A DNA stretch of 64,000 nt from Squalus acanthias. Its lineage: Eukaryota. Where the stretch lies: assembly GCA_030390025.1 (NCBI GenBank), contig CM059453.1, positions 6,882,001 through 6,946,000 of the forward strand. The letters run 5' to 3'. The position numbers and the translations under genes were made by a program. Shown here in pieces: positions 52,193 through 63,400 of the stretch. The notes under the pieces were generated by a model. It was not told where the DNA came from. It was given only the letters and a program-made list of their open reading frames with translations, and searched no databases. Within the stretch, counting starts at the first letter, position 1, and every line of letters starts with the position of its first letter.

Positions 52193-53849
52193 ACAGTATT
52201 CCCTCTCACCACATTGCAACCTCTCGCTGGAGGCAAACATATGTAAACAGCACTCGGCCAATTGAGTAATCTGCAAAATTCTTCTCCGACCCCGAAGATG
52301 AACAAAACGAGTTCCAAGGGGATAACAGTGTCCATGAGGTAGATCACCCAACATCCCACCTAAGATTTGTATGCACTGATATTAGCCAAAGGAAGGAATT
52401 TGTCCTTATGACTTATGAAGAAAGGTTGAGCAGGTTGGGCCTATACTCACTGGAGTTTAGAAGAATGAGAGGTGATCTTATTGAAACATATAAGATACTG
52501 AGGGGGCTCGAGAAGGTCGATGCAGAGAGGATGTCTCCCCTCGTGGGGAAATCTAGAACACGGGGTCATATTTTCAGAATAAAGGATAACCCTTTGAGAA
52601 CTGAGATGAGGAGGAATTTCTTCTCACAGAGGGTCGTAAATCTGTGGAATTCTCTGCCCCAGAGAACTGCGGAGGCTGGGTCATTAAATACATTGAAGGT
52701 GGAGACAGACAGAATTTTGCAAGATGAGGGAGTGAGGGGTTATGGGGAGCGGGCAGGGAAGCGGCTTTGAGCCCGAGATAATTCATAATCTTATTGAATG
52801 GCGGAGCAGGCTCGAGGGGCCAATTGCTCTATTGCTGCTCCTGTTTCTTATGTTCTTATGTTGGTCCAGTTTCTTTTTGAATTGTTGCAGGGAATTCGCA
52901 CTCATCACACGAGCCGGTAACATATTAAATATGTCGATGAGGCCCTGTGTAAATAAAAACCATCAGATATCTAAAATAGTTTTAGGTATTCATCTGGCGA
53001 ATTATCAGGACAGCAGCACTTTGAACCCAATGCATTACAATGGACGTGCTACAGTAAACCTGCTTCCAACAAGCGACTGCAGACAGCAAATGAGATCATT
53101 GGCCAAGCAGTCACAATTTGCTGGCTTTGGAGGAGTTCTAACCACCACGTGTGGTGCAATCCCTATTCTTCTTGCAGTAGTGCGTGAGATTTCTAACATC
53201 CACCTGAACCAATAGAACAGGCAGCCTGGGCCTGAGATTAAGATGTGTGGAGGAGACTGTCCTCTCCTTCTCACAGTGCATGACATTGAGAACATTGAGC
53301 TGGAGCCAGATCCTCGGTATATCGGAAAGGCCGCAGCTCCGACAATGCGGCACGCACGGAGTACGACAAAGACTCAAATCCTGACGTGAGGTTGCAACCA
53401 ACAACCTTCAGCCTCAGAGAGTGTGCGCTACCAAATCAGCCAAACTGACACCAAGACACATGGAGGAAGATGCAAAAATGCTGGAGAAATGTGGTGCGAT
53501 TTGGCCCTGCTCTGGCCTCACACTACGTGTTTAGAATTTTGACCTCCGGTGATAATATAGTCGGGGAGTATTTATTACTCTGGTTAATGTGCCTAATGAA
53601 TTGGGAAGGTGTTATTTTAGACCGACTCATTTCAAAATAAGTACAGCCCTGAAAAAATGTCCATGATCCCATTTGCCCGATCAATGCACACAATTGCCAG
53701 TGCAACATTTCCCTGTTCATGGGGTGAGGAGGCCATTCCACCCTTTAAAAACGCTGTCAAACCAGTTCCTATAACATCTGTTTAACCCTTGGATGTGTCT
53801 GTAATGTGATCCCAGACAATTGTCTCAACATTCCATCTCCTCACTTACC

Positions 53850-53934
53850 TCAGTTCAGTGGGTTGTGCAGCACACAGTAAATCGCTGCACCTGTGTCTGT
53901 GGGAGAGACACCAACAGGGACATTTACCTTGTTC
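53850..53934 (-). CDS. Siglec-like gene 3, cytoplasmic exon (RNKVNVPVGVSPTDTGAAIYCVLHNPLN*)
   Basis: 85 nt paralog of 27862-27946. Stop TGA is followed by G|GTAAGT donor. Confidence 0.78.
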
Positions 53935-54731
53935 CTGAAACAGAACATACAAATGATTCACGTCTCCTAATTACAGATAATTCGCTTCAATACAATACCC
54001 AGTGTCCCTGTGTCGAACCACAGGGGGCGCACTATAGTAACTCGTTCTTGTTAAGGTTTCCTGCTTGGCTGCGACCAGATTTAATTCCCGTTTCTTTTCT
54101 ATCTCTACACTTTCCTAATTCCAAAGCAAGCATTCTGTCTATCTGATGAGGCTGGTTATATCTATCTTGATCTGCTTTGACAAATTCAATATTCACTGAA
54201 CATTTTATGGATGGTAAGCGAGCGGCCTCTACTGGTGCAGAATAACCATTGCAATTTCCGCCAAGTCTTAAAAATGCACCGGAATTTGCCCTTTCGTGTC
54301 CAGCAATGGTTCTGTGGAGCATTTTATGACCTCCTGAGTCATGAGGTCTTCCGCCATTATGGCCACGGGAGCTTTGAGCTGCCAAACCGTGTTCAGCTTA
54401 AATTGTCTGGTATGAAATACAGCGCCTCCGCTAAAGTGAGAGACTAGATTCTGCACCCAAGTTCTGGACTGGCCCTTGATGTACAATCTTTGAACTAAGA
54501 AGTGAAAGACCAGACATGGGACGCTGAACTTCTGACATTCCCCTACTTTCCCTTCACAAGACACCTGAACTCCAGCAAGCCTTCCCTTGTCAACTCTTAG
54601 CTGAGATTGAGGGTCAATGATATCTGGGGTTAATTGCAATAAGCAATATTTGCTCATGGGCTGAATTCTGATGACACATACTTTTGAAATCTGTCTTATT
54701 AAAGCACGAGTATAAGTAATATAAACCATAC

Positions 54732-54831
54732 CTGTGTGAATTAATCTCTATCGTCACTAAGACAATGATGGCAATCAGAATGAGAACTGCGACGGCGGCT
54801 CTGATTGGCATGACAAATCTCCAAAATGATC
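54732..54831 (-). CDS. Siglec-like gene 3, Arg-containing TM exon (GSFWRFVMPIRAAVAVLILIAIIVLVTIEINSHR)
   Basis: 100 nt paralog of 28729-28828; Arg and Glu retained. Confidence 0.86.
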
Positions 54832-55809
54832 CTAAAATATAAAAAAAAACAGTGCTCGTCATTATTGCTCAAAGATTATACCAAGATTCAAGACAGCATT
54901 TTACAGCATGTAGGGGAAGCTGTTAAGAACAAAATGAACTTATTTTTATATAGCGCATTTGCCGACGTCTCAAAGCGCTATACAGCCAATGAAGTACTTT
55001 TGAAGTGTCGTCACTGCTGTAATGTAGGGAACGTGGCCGCAAAATTGTGCACAGCAAGCTCCCACAAACAGCCATAAGGTAAATCAGCAGATAAATCTGT
55101 TTCTGTGTTATTGATTGAGGGATAAATATTGGCCAGTACACCAGAGAGAACTCCCCTGCTCTTTTTCAGAAGATTAAATATCGCAGTCTCCCTGAGAGAC
55201 TGCATCAATCCACGCCGCATACTCGGATCTGCTCGCTTGCTATCCAATATGTTAATTCAGTCTATAATCTGCTCTTTCAGTTATCGAAGTTATTCTGGCT
55301 CAAGTGTCAGTGTTATCGCACTGTATAGTTCTTTCAGAATATCTTCAGTACAACAAAACCGACAGTAGGCTGAAATATCTGTGAAAAAATGTTGAACTGA
55401 TCGACTGTACCCCACTACCGTTACAATGAGAGGAAACATGATTTCATCGAGTGTGTCACTAAGTCAGAAGGTTCTGTTTTATTAAAGATCACACGCTGCT
55501 TCTAGTGTTTTATATTAGCCCTCCTATCTTCACAAAAACTAGGCGACAATAATCAAATTCAGATACCAGACTCTAAACTATACATGAATTATTCCCATCG
55601 TAACTTTCAGCAAGGTAGCGTTCAGTCATGAACCAGTCCCAAACACTATTGAAATTAAAATTGTATTCTGTCCTACTTTGCAGATAAGAATGGTATTTCA
55701 GCTCAGTGGAACTGGTACTTGCTGACACTAACACCGTTCAGTTAGTCACTGACAGGTGATGGACCGAATCGTCAGCAGTAATTAAATTACAGGAAAATGC
55801 AATATATAC

Positions 55810-56097
55810 CCCCAGATTGTAGCTGGTACTTTCCGACAGTAACGCCATGCTCGTTTACTCCAAAACATGAGATCAGGTGTCCAGTTCCATTTGGGTCAGT
55901 CAGTGTCAGGGAGCTCTGCACCAGGTGCCTATTCAACTCCGAGGAGAGGATATTGAGAACTGAACTGATCGCAGTGATGTTTCTCCCATTGATGCCCCAG
56001 GTGATGTTTGCTGGGGGTTTGGCTCTGATACTGCAGGTACAATGAATCCCACTCTCAGAACTGGTGCAGGTCGGGCCTGATACTATTGTGGGTTTAT
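55810..56097 (-). CDS. Siglec-like gene 3 (5' exons beyond the window), Ig domain 4 exon
   Basis: 288 nt paralog of 29760-30047, open frame, canonical splice sites. Confidence 0.88.
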
Positions 56098-57027
56098 CTA
56101 AATAAAGAAAAGTAAAATTGAGACAGTTTCCATACAGCAGTTTGCAGTGTCTAAATAGAACCAATTTCGGCGTTTCGATTAAACAGAGAGGTCAGTGCGC
56201 ATAACGAGTTTCATTAGAATCAGTTAATTTTACATTCATGTAATGCTTCATCAGATTTTACTTTCCCCTATATTAGAGCAAGGCAATAACTCAGGTATAA
56301 AATTACATCAAGCCAATTAGCAGTCAATTGATCCATATATTTCCTGGAGCAACATGTGTGATGAGGGGGTTGTCCTATGATGAGAGATTGAGTAGAATGG
56401 GCCTAAACTCTCTGGAGCTTAGAAGAATGAGAGATGATTTCATTGAAACATATAAGGTTCTCAGGGGGATTGACAGGGTAGTTGCTGAGAGGCTGTTTCC
56501 CCCGACTGAAGAGTCTAGAACTAGGGGGCATAGACTCAGGATAAGGGGTCGGCTATTTCGAACAGCGGCAGCGGCGAGGATCCGATGCAAAAACAACAAA
56601 AAACGCAGAGTGACGTCACATGAAAGCAGGTAGGTGATTGCTTGATGAGTATTTCAGCTCTTTTAGGCTCTATGGGGTAAAAATTCACTTGGTTGCGCCT
56701 CGCGTTAGCGCCTTAAGAGGGCGCTAATGGAGCGTTAAGCCGCTAACATTTGCGCCGCTCTTGAACTTAACTTGAGATTGTGCGGCGGCGCTAAATCTTA
56801 ACGCTGCGACCACCTGCGCCCGCAGATTGTGACGTCATTCCATGGTGCAACGCCCTTGGGGCGCCCCGGAGCGGAAATTGAGTGGCGCCCCCTGCCTTAC
56901 CGCCTGGCGCTTCCAACGACCGGAAGACTGGAACGTTATCAATCGGTGTGGGGCTGGGGGGGGCGCTATTTAAAGGGGGCCTCTTCCTGTCTTTTTCTGT
57001 GGTCGACATTTATGCACCACTCGTTCT

Positions 57028-57065
57028 GAGAGAGAGAGAGAGATTCGGAGAGAGAGAGAGAGAGA
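57028..57065 (+). repeat. (GA)n microsatellite in the Harbinger transposase 5' region
   Basis: Two GA runs separated by TTCG. Confidence 0.9.
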
Positions 57066-57169
57066 CTTCTACATTGACTCAACGCTTTGTGAGGTAGTTT
57101 GGCCTAGTTCATCCTAACTTTGTTGCTACTTTCGTTGCTGTACCTCATTACTTTTCTGGCAAAGAGAAT

Positions 57170-58357
57170 ATGGGGGCTGCAATGATTGGGGGCGTCGTCC
57201 TGCTCCAGCTGAATCGGAGGATAGTGAGACGCAGACAGAGAGTGGCAATGATGGCCAGACGGAGGAGGGCCATCAGGCGCATGTACAGGAGAGCTTACCC
57301 TCCCAGGGTATATCGTGAACAGCTCTCCTACATCCATATGTCCGAGGAGCTGTGTTTGCGAAGGCTGCGATTCAGCAAGGAGGTGGTCACTGAGCTCTGC
57401 CACCTGCTGCAGCCAGATCTGCAGCCTCAGCTGAGGTCCAGGACGTCTCTGTCGGTGGCAGTGAAGGTCACAGTGGCTTTGAACTTCTACGCCACTGGCT
57501 CATTCCAAGCTACTGTTGGGGACCTCGCCAATATCTCCCAGTTTGCGGTGCATCGCTGCATCCGGCAGGTCACCAATGCCCTCTTCAGAAGGAGACGAGA
57601 CTTCATCTCTTTCCCTATGACCCCAGACAAGCAGCATGACCGTGCTATGGGCTTTGCGAGGGTAGCGGGCTTCCCCATGGTGCAGGGCGCCATTGACTGC
57701 ACGCATGTGGCTTTGCGTGCTCCGCGAGAGAATGCAGAGGAATTCAGGAACAGAAAGGGGTTCCATTCCTTGAATGTGCAGTTGGTCTGTGACCACAGAC
57801 AGGTGATTCTCGCTGTCAATGCCCACTATCCGGGCAGCTGCCACGAAGCTTTCATCCTGCGCCAGACTACTGTGGCAGAACTTTTCGAGGCACCACATCA
57901 GCCAGTTGGTTGGCTTCTGGGGGACAAGGGGTACGCATTGAGCACCTGGCTGATGACACCGCTCCGTACGCCAAACACCCCTGCTGAGCTGCGGTACCAG
58001 GAAAGCCATCAAGCAACCAGGAACATTATTGAGCGCACAATCGGCGTGCTGAAACAACGGTTCCGCTGTCTGGACCATTCCGGAGGAGCCCTGCAGTACT
58101 CGCCTGAGCAAGTTTCGAAGTTCGTAGTCGTGTGCTGCATGTTGCACAACATGGCAATCCTCAGGACCCAGCCAATGCCACCAGGCCTTGTAGCACCACC
58201 AGAGGAGGAGGAGGAAGAGGAGGAACAGGACGAGGACGATGATCATCAGCAGCACCAAGGCAGGAGGGCGGCCCACAATGGTCAAACTGCAAGGGCCGTC
58301 CGTCAACGACTAATAGCAAGCCGCTTCTCGGGCCCCTGCCATTGCTACAAACACTAA
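57170..58357 (+). CDS. Harbinger (HARBI1-like) DDE transposase, 395 aa
   Basis: LNFYATGSFQ, GAIDCTHV, RNRKGFHSLNVQLVCD, PGSCHE, LLGDKGY..WLMTP, RNIIERTIGVLKQRFRCL, CCMLHN; uninterrupted ORF. Confidence 0.95.
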   Translation: MGAAMIGGVVLLQLNRRIVRRRQRVAMMARRRRAIRRMYRRAYPPRVYREQLSYIHMSEELCLRRLRFSKEVVTELCHLLQPDLQPQLRSRTSLSVAVKVTVALNFYATGSFQATVGDLANISQFAVHRCIRQVTNALFRRRRDFISFPMTPDKQHDRAMGFARVAGFPMVQGAIDCTHVALRAPRENAEEFRNRKGFHSLNVQLVCDHRQVILAVNAHYPGSCHEAFILRQTTVAELFEAPHQPVGWLLGDKGYALSTWLMTPLRTPNTPAELRYQESHQATRNIIERTIGVLKQRFRCLDHSGGALQYSPEQVSKFVVVCCMLHNMAILRTQPMPPGLVAPPEEEEEEEEQDEDDDHQQHQGRRAAHNGQTARAVRQRLIASRFSGPCHCYKH

Positions 58358-58441
58358 TCAACCCAGCACGCAACCCCTAAGCCGGCCAAGGCACCAATAA
58401 TTCCAACCACCAGCCATGTATATTTTGAATACAGAAACTTA

Positions 58442-58497
58442 TTTATTTTACAAACTCTGTGTGTGTCAATTCCTCATGACAAACTCATAGAAATAAA
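58442..58497. terminator. Candidate convergent polyadenylation signals of the two Harbinger genes
   Basis: TTTATT at 58442-58447 (AATAAA on minus) and AATAAA at 58492-58497 (plus), between the two stop codons. Confidence 0.55.
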
Positions 58498-58624
58498 CAC
58501 AAAAAAACAGTCAATAACATAACTGGTTCTCACAACCTGGAGATAATGTCCAAAACACTAAACAAAAGTTGGGCCATGAACCTCGGCCTTTAATAAAAAA
58601 ATGACCAGCATTTTGGCACTCCTC

Positions 58625-60447
58625 CTACTTTTTGCCCTTCGAGGGTGATCTCCTTCCCTTGCGCACTTCCCCCCTTCTAACCCTACTGCTCCTCCGTAAT
58701 GGGACCTCAGTGGCTGCAGCAAGGCTGATGGAAGGCTGCTGCTCGTCAGACCCTGACACTGCAGATGCCCCTGAAGGACGGCCTCGACCACTTCTGGGCC
58801 TGGAGGGCCCGGCTGCAGACTGCACCAACTCTGCATGGGCGGCAGCAGTCTGGCCTACAGGCGGTGGCAAGTGCAATGGAGAAGTGACAGTGTTGGCAGA
58901 AGGAATGCTGTCATCGTGAGAGAGGACAGCAACTCCCTGCTCGCCCGACACACTGGCACTCCCACGGGGCAGCACTTCAGCATCCGGAGCAATTTGCCGG
59001 AGAACAGATTGCTGGCCTACTGCGGCGTGGTGACAGCCCCGGGGACATGTGCACGAACCATCGAGGATGGCAGCAGTCAGTGCTCGCGTGGCCTCAATCT
59101 GAGTCTGCATGAGAGCAGTCTCAGATGGGTTCCTGGCAGCCAGTGACTGAATTGCAGCACTAAGCTTTAGTGTGGCATCCGCCTGTGCTACAGCGAAGTG
59201 CTCCACACTCCTTGCCAGTGCCTCAATGCATTCGGGCACCCTTCCCACTGCACCCATGAGCTCAGTGTGCATGCCCACCGACTGGCTGTTCATTTCTGCA
59301 ATCAGCCGCTCCTCCTCTGCGTCCATTGCAGTAGGAGTGTCTGGCATACTCTCCCTCTGGGGAGAAGGCTCCCGTTCTTCCCTCCCCCCCCCATGGCGTT
59401 GCTGCAGCCCGCTGGGTCCTGGAGCTTCACCATCATCAGCCCCTTCCCCCCTGCTCCCCTCCGGGGAAGGTGTGTTCCCAGTGTGGCCATGTGCTTCCTC
59501 GGGAGAGGGTGGCACTGATGCTCCGGCTTCCTCTTCCTCCTCAGCTGCAGCATCACTCCCAGTGGCAGCTTCAGGGCCCGTCTCCTCAGCTGGTGAATCA
59601 CCATCTGAAAGCAGGGAGGTACAAGAGTGGCTTTAGCGTGAGGACAGGGTGGCAGTAAGGGAGGAATAAGTGCAGCGAGTTAGCAAGTTGGATTGAAAGT
59701 GTCAAAGGCTGGTATTGTGAGGGACAAGTGGAAGGACAGAGGACAAAAAGGTGATGACCTTACCATTGCTGTCCACAACGGGGCCGGCGTCCCCAGTGGC
59801 GACGGGACCGATCACCCGGCTTGCCACAATCCTGTGGACGCGCTCCTCCAGATCGCTGAGGGGTTGCAGCTGAAGCCGCCCTCCACCTGTCCGTTGCTGC
59901 TGTCTCCGATTATGAGCCAGCTTAGCCTGCAAGAAAAAGGACAGCATCTGAGTAAATATACAGCCATGGTCTTGCCTGATGTGCCTCCCATAGGTGAATA
60001 GCCCTTACAATATGCAGCCATGGTCTTGCCTGATGTGCCTCCCATAGGTGAATAGCCCTTACTGTATGCAAAGTGTGGAATGTGTGTGTGTGTTTGATGA
60101 AAGGGCCATAGGTGTTGCATGAGTGTTGTGCATTGGGGTTTTAAGACCCTCTGGCCATAGAGTGAGGTTGAGATGGAGGGATGGAGAGGTATTGAGAAAA
60201 AGCCACTCACCCTGACGACCCGAGTGAGGTCGTTGAACTTTTTGCCGCACTGAACATGGGTCCTGGGCACCATGCTCCTGGAGGAGACGCTCTGAGCCAC
60301 CTCCCTCCACACTCTTCTGAACTCGCGTGGCAAAGGCCTCCTGCCACTCTCCGGGAACAGCATGCATCGTCTGCGCTCCACTGCGTCAACCAGAGCATCC
60401 AAGGCCCGCTCGGTGAAGCGATGAGCGCGTTCTCTCACCCTCTCCAT
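58625..60447 (-). CDS. Harbinger Myb/SANT-like DNA-binding protein; 3 exons (60447-60211, 59926-59764, 59604-58625), about 459 aa
   Basis: Exon 1 RFTERALDALV...VWREVAQSV...RTHVQCGKKFNDL with donor GTGAGT. Exon 2 AKLAHNRRQQQRTGGG with donor G|GTAAGG. Exon 3 acidic, helical, then basic tail. Phases 0 and 1 give a 1380-nt open frame. Confidence 0.9.
59955..60062. repeat. 54-bp direct tandem duplication in intron 1 of the Myb/SANT gene
   Basis: AATAT(A/G)CAGCCATGGTCTTGCCTGATGTGCCTCCCATAGGTGAATAGCCCTTAC occurs twice. Confidence 0.9.
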
Positions 60448-63400
60448 GCTTGGCAGCAAAATGGATTACAGGTCTCTCCAGGCTGAGATTCAAGGCTGCA
60501 ATGAGCAGGGTGTGGCTGGGGAGCAAGTGCCCCCCCCCCCCGCTTTAAGAAGTGGCCGGCGCCAGTGTGTCTGTGTTCCCTCGCTAACTGGCAGCAGCTG
60601 CGCTGCGCTCGTGCGCTGAGGTAGCGCCTCACTCCTAGGCCTTTGCGCCTTAAGAGAGGTGTGCAGTGCCTAATTTAGCGCTCCACTCACCTCCCGGGGC
60701 GGTAAAAGTGAAGTTTCCTGTCAATGCCGATAATTAGCGCCAGGCGCTAATATTTGCGCTCGGACGATATTTGCGCCCCAAATGGGGCGCGAACTAATTT
60801 CTACCCCTATAAGTTAGGGAAGGGGTTAAATTAAAAGCCGAGAAACTGTAACTTCCAATACATATTAAATTGAGAACTTAAATTAGATAAAATAATTAAA
60901 AATAAAATATCCTTTGAATAAAAGCTTTAACTAATTAATTAATAAATGACACAAGGTTAGAGATGACAGCGCAGGTGGTATGTCGTACCTGCAGCATGCG
61001 GGAGACTGCGGAGAGCATCGCGATCCCGAGCAACCACATCTGCAGTGTCTGCGACTCGAGGAACTTCGGCTCAGAATTGTTGAGCTGCAGTACGAGCTGC
61101 AGACATTGCGATGCATCAGGGAGGGGGAGAGTTACCTAGACACTTTGTTCCAGGGGGCAGTAACACCCTTTATGTTAAGTAGAACTTTAGAGTTCGTCAG
61201 TGGTCAGGGACAGGAGTGTGTGCCCGCGATTCAGGAAGGTATGGGGAGCCAGGATGTAGTGATGGAGGAGCATTAGCCCTGGAACTTGTCCAACAGGTAC
61301 GAGGTACTTGCTACCTGTATGAATGAGGAAAAGGATTGCAAGGAGAATGAGCAAACTGACCACGGCATTGTGGTACAGGGGGCCATTCAAGTAGGGGGAA
61401 AAGGAAGGAATGTGGTAGTAGTAGGGGACAGTATATTCAGGGGTGTAGATACTATTCTCTGCAGCTGCGAAAGAGAGTCCCGAACGCTGTGTTGCCTGCC
61501 CGGTACCAGGGTTAAGGATATCTCCTCATGGCTGGAGAAGAATTTGGAGTGGTTGGGGGTGGATCCATTTGTCATGGTCCATGTAGAAATCTACGACCTA
61601 TGTAGAACCAGGAATAATGTTCTGCTGAGGGAGTTTGAGGAGCTAGGATCTAAATTAATAAGCAGAACAACAAGGATAATAATCTGTGGAATACTAACTG
61701 AGCCACGCGCAAATTGGCATAGGGTCAAGCAGATCAGAGAGGTAATTGCGTGTTTCAAAGTGTGTGTGGGAAGAAGTGTTTTCCATTCATGGGGCAGTGG
61801 CGTCTGTAGATAGGTCTTTAACCAAAAAAAATGGGGGAGGGTTCAGTTTAGGGGAAATTTAGAAAACCAAAAAGAAAAGTGCAGGGAATAGAGCAGTGTA
61901 GTGATTTGGGTAAAAATAAGGGGATTGTGACAGGTAGGGGCGGAAAGTTTAATAGTAGCAGTACAGCAAAGAACAAGGTCAAAACAGGGAATAATGGTGA
62001 AAAAAAAGCCTCTTTATCTGAAAGCATGAAACATTCGTAACAAGATAGACGAACAAGTGGCAGAGTTGAATTAAATGGGTTTGATCTAATAGCCTGTACA
62101 GAGACGTGGTTGCAAGGTGAACAAGGTTGGGAACTAAATGTTCCAGACACTTGACATTTCAAAAAGACAGGCGAAATGTAAAAGGAGGGGGAGTAGCTCT
62201 GATAATAAAGAATTACATAAGGAAAGTAGAGAAAAAGAATCTCGGCTCAGAAGATCAGGAAGTAGAATCAGTATGGGTGGAGATAAGGAATAACAAGGGA
62301 CAGAAAACTGGTGGGAGTAGTATATAGGCATCCTAAAGTAGCTATACCGTTGGACAGAATATTGATCAAGAAATAGTAGGAGCTTGTAACAAAGGCAATA
62401 CAATAATCGTGGGGGACTTTAATTTTCATATAAATCTGGAGGACGAGTTCATGGAATGCATGCGGGACAGTTTCCTTGAACAATGTGTCATCGAACCAAG
62501 CTTGAATCAGGCTATTTTCGATCTTGTACTCTGTAATGAGACAGGATTAATTAATAATCTCATAGTAAAGGATTCTCTGGGGCAGAGTGAGTCAACATAA
62601 TATGATATAATTTCAAATTAAGTTTGAGAGTGACTTACCTAGAAACTAGAATCTTAATCTTAAATAAATCCAATTACATAGGTATGAGGGGCGAGTTCGC
62701 TAAGGTAGATTGGAAAAGTAGATTAAAATGTATGGCGGTAGATAAGCAGTGGCTAGCATTTAAAGAAATATTTCATAATTCACGACAAAAATACATTCCA
62801 TTGAGAAACAAAAATTCTACGGGAAAACTGATCCAACCCTGGCTACTTAAAAAATTAAGGATAGCATTAGATTGTAAGAAGAATGTTAGAACGTTGCAAA
62901 GAATAGCAGTAAGCCTGAGGATTGGGACGGTTCCAGAAACCAGCAAAGGACGACCAAAAATTGATGAGAAGGTATAAAATAGAATGAGAGAAAACTAGCA
63001 AGAAATATAAAAGCAGATTTTAAGAGTTTAGACAAGTATGCAAAAAGGAAGAGAAGAAGCAAAAGTGAATGTTGTTTCCTGAGAGGCTGAGACAAGATAA
63101 ATTCTTATGGGGAATAAGGAAATGGCAGAAACGTTAAACAAATATTCTGTATCTGTCTCCACAGTACAAGACACAAAAAGCATACCACAAATGGTGATGA
63201 ACCAAGGTTCTAATGAGGGTGAGGTACTAAACGTAATTAATATAAAAGTAATGGGACTAAAAACCGACAAATCCTCTGGACCAGACGGCCTACATCCTAG
63301 GGTTCTAAAAGAGGTGACTGAAGAGATAGTTGATGCATTGGTTTTGATCTTTCAAAATTCCCAAGATTCTAGAAATTTCCCAGCAGATTGGAAGGTCGCA

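Larger units (their letters stand above)
56674..60807. mobile_element. Full-length PIF/Harbinger DNA transposon (4134 bp)
   Basis: TIRs GGGGTAAAAATT / AATTTCTACCCC (11 of 12 match). TAT TSD at 56671-56673 and 60808-60810. Empty site at 30621-30623 in the paralogous unit. Two convergent genes: transposase and Myb/SANT. Confidence 0.96.

Noticed and set aside
57170-58357. Domesticated host gene HARBI1
   Set aside because: It is flanked by TIRs and a TSD, paired with a Myb gene, and absent from the paralogous site, so it is a transposon.
57487-59636. Overlapping antisense and alternate-frame ORFs in the Harbinger element (268, 154, 110 aa and others)
   Set aside because: Shadow ORFs of GC-rich coding sequence with no motifs.
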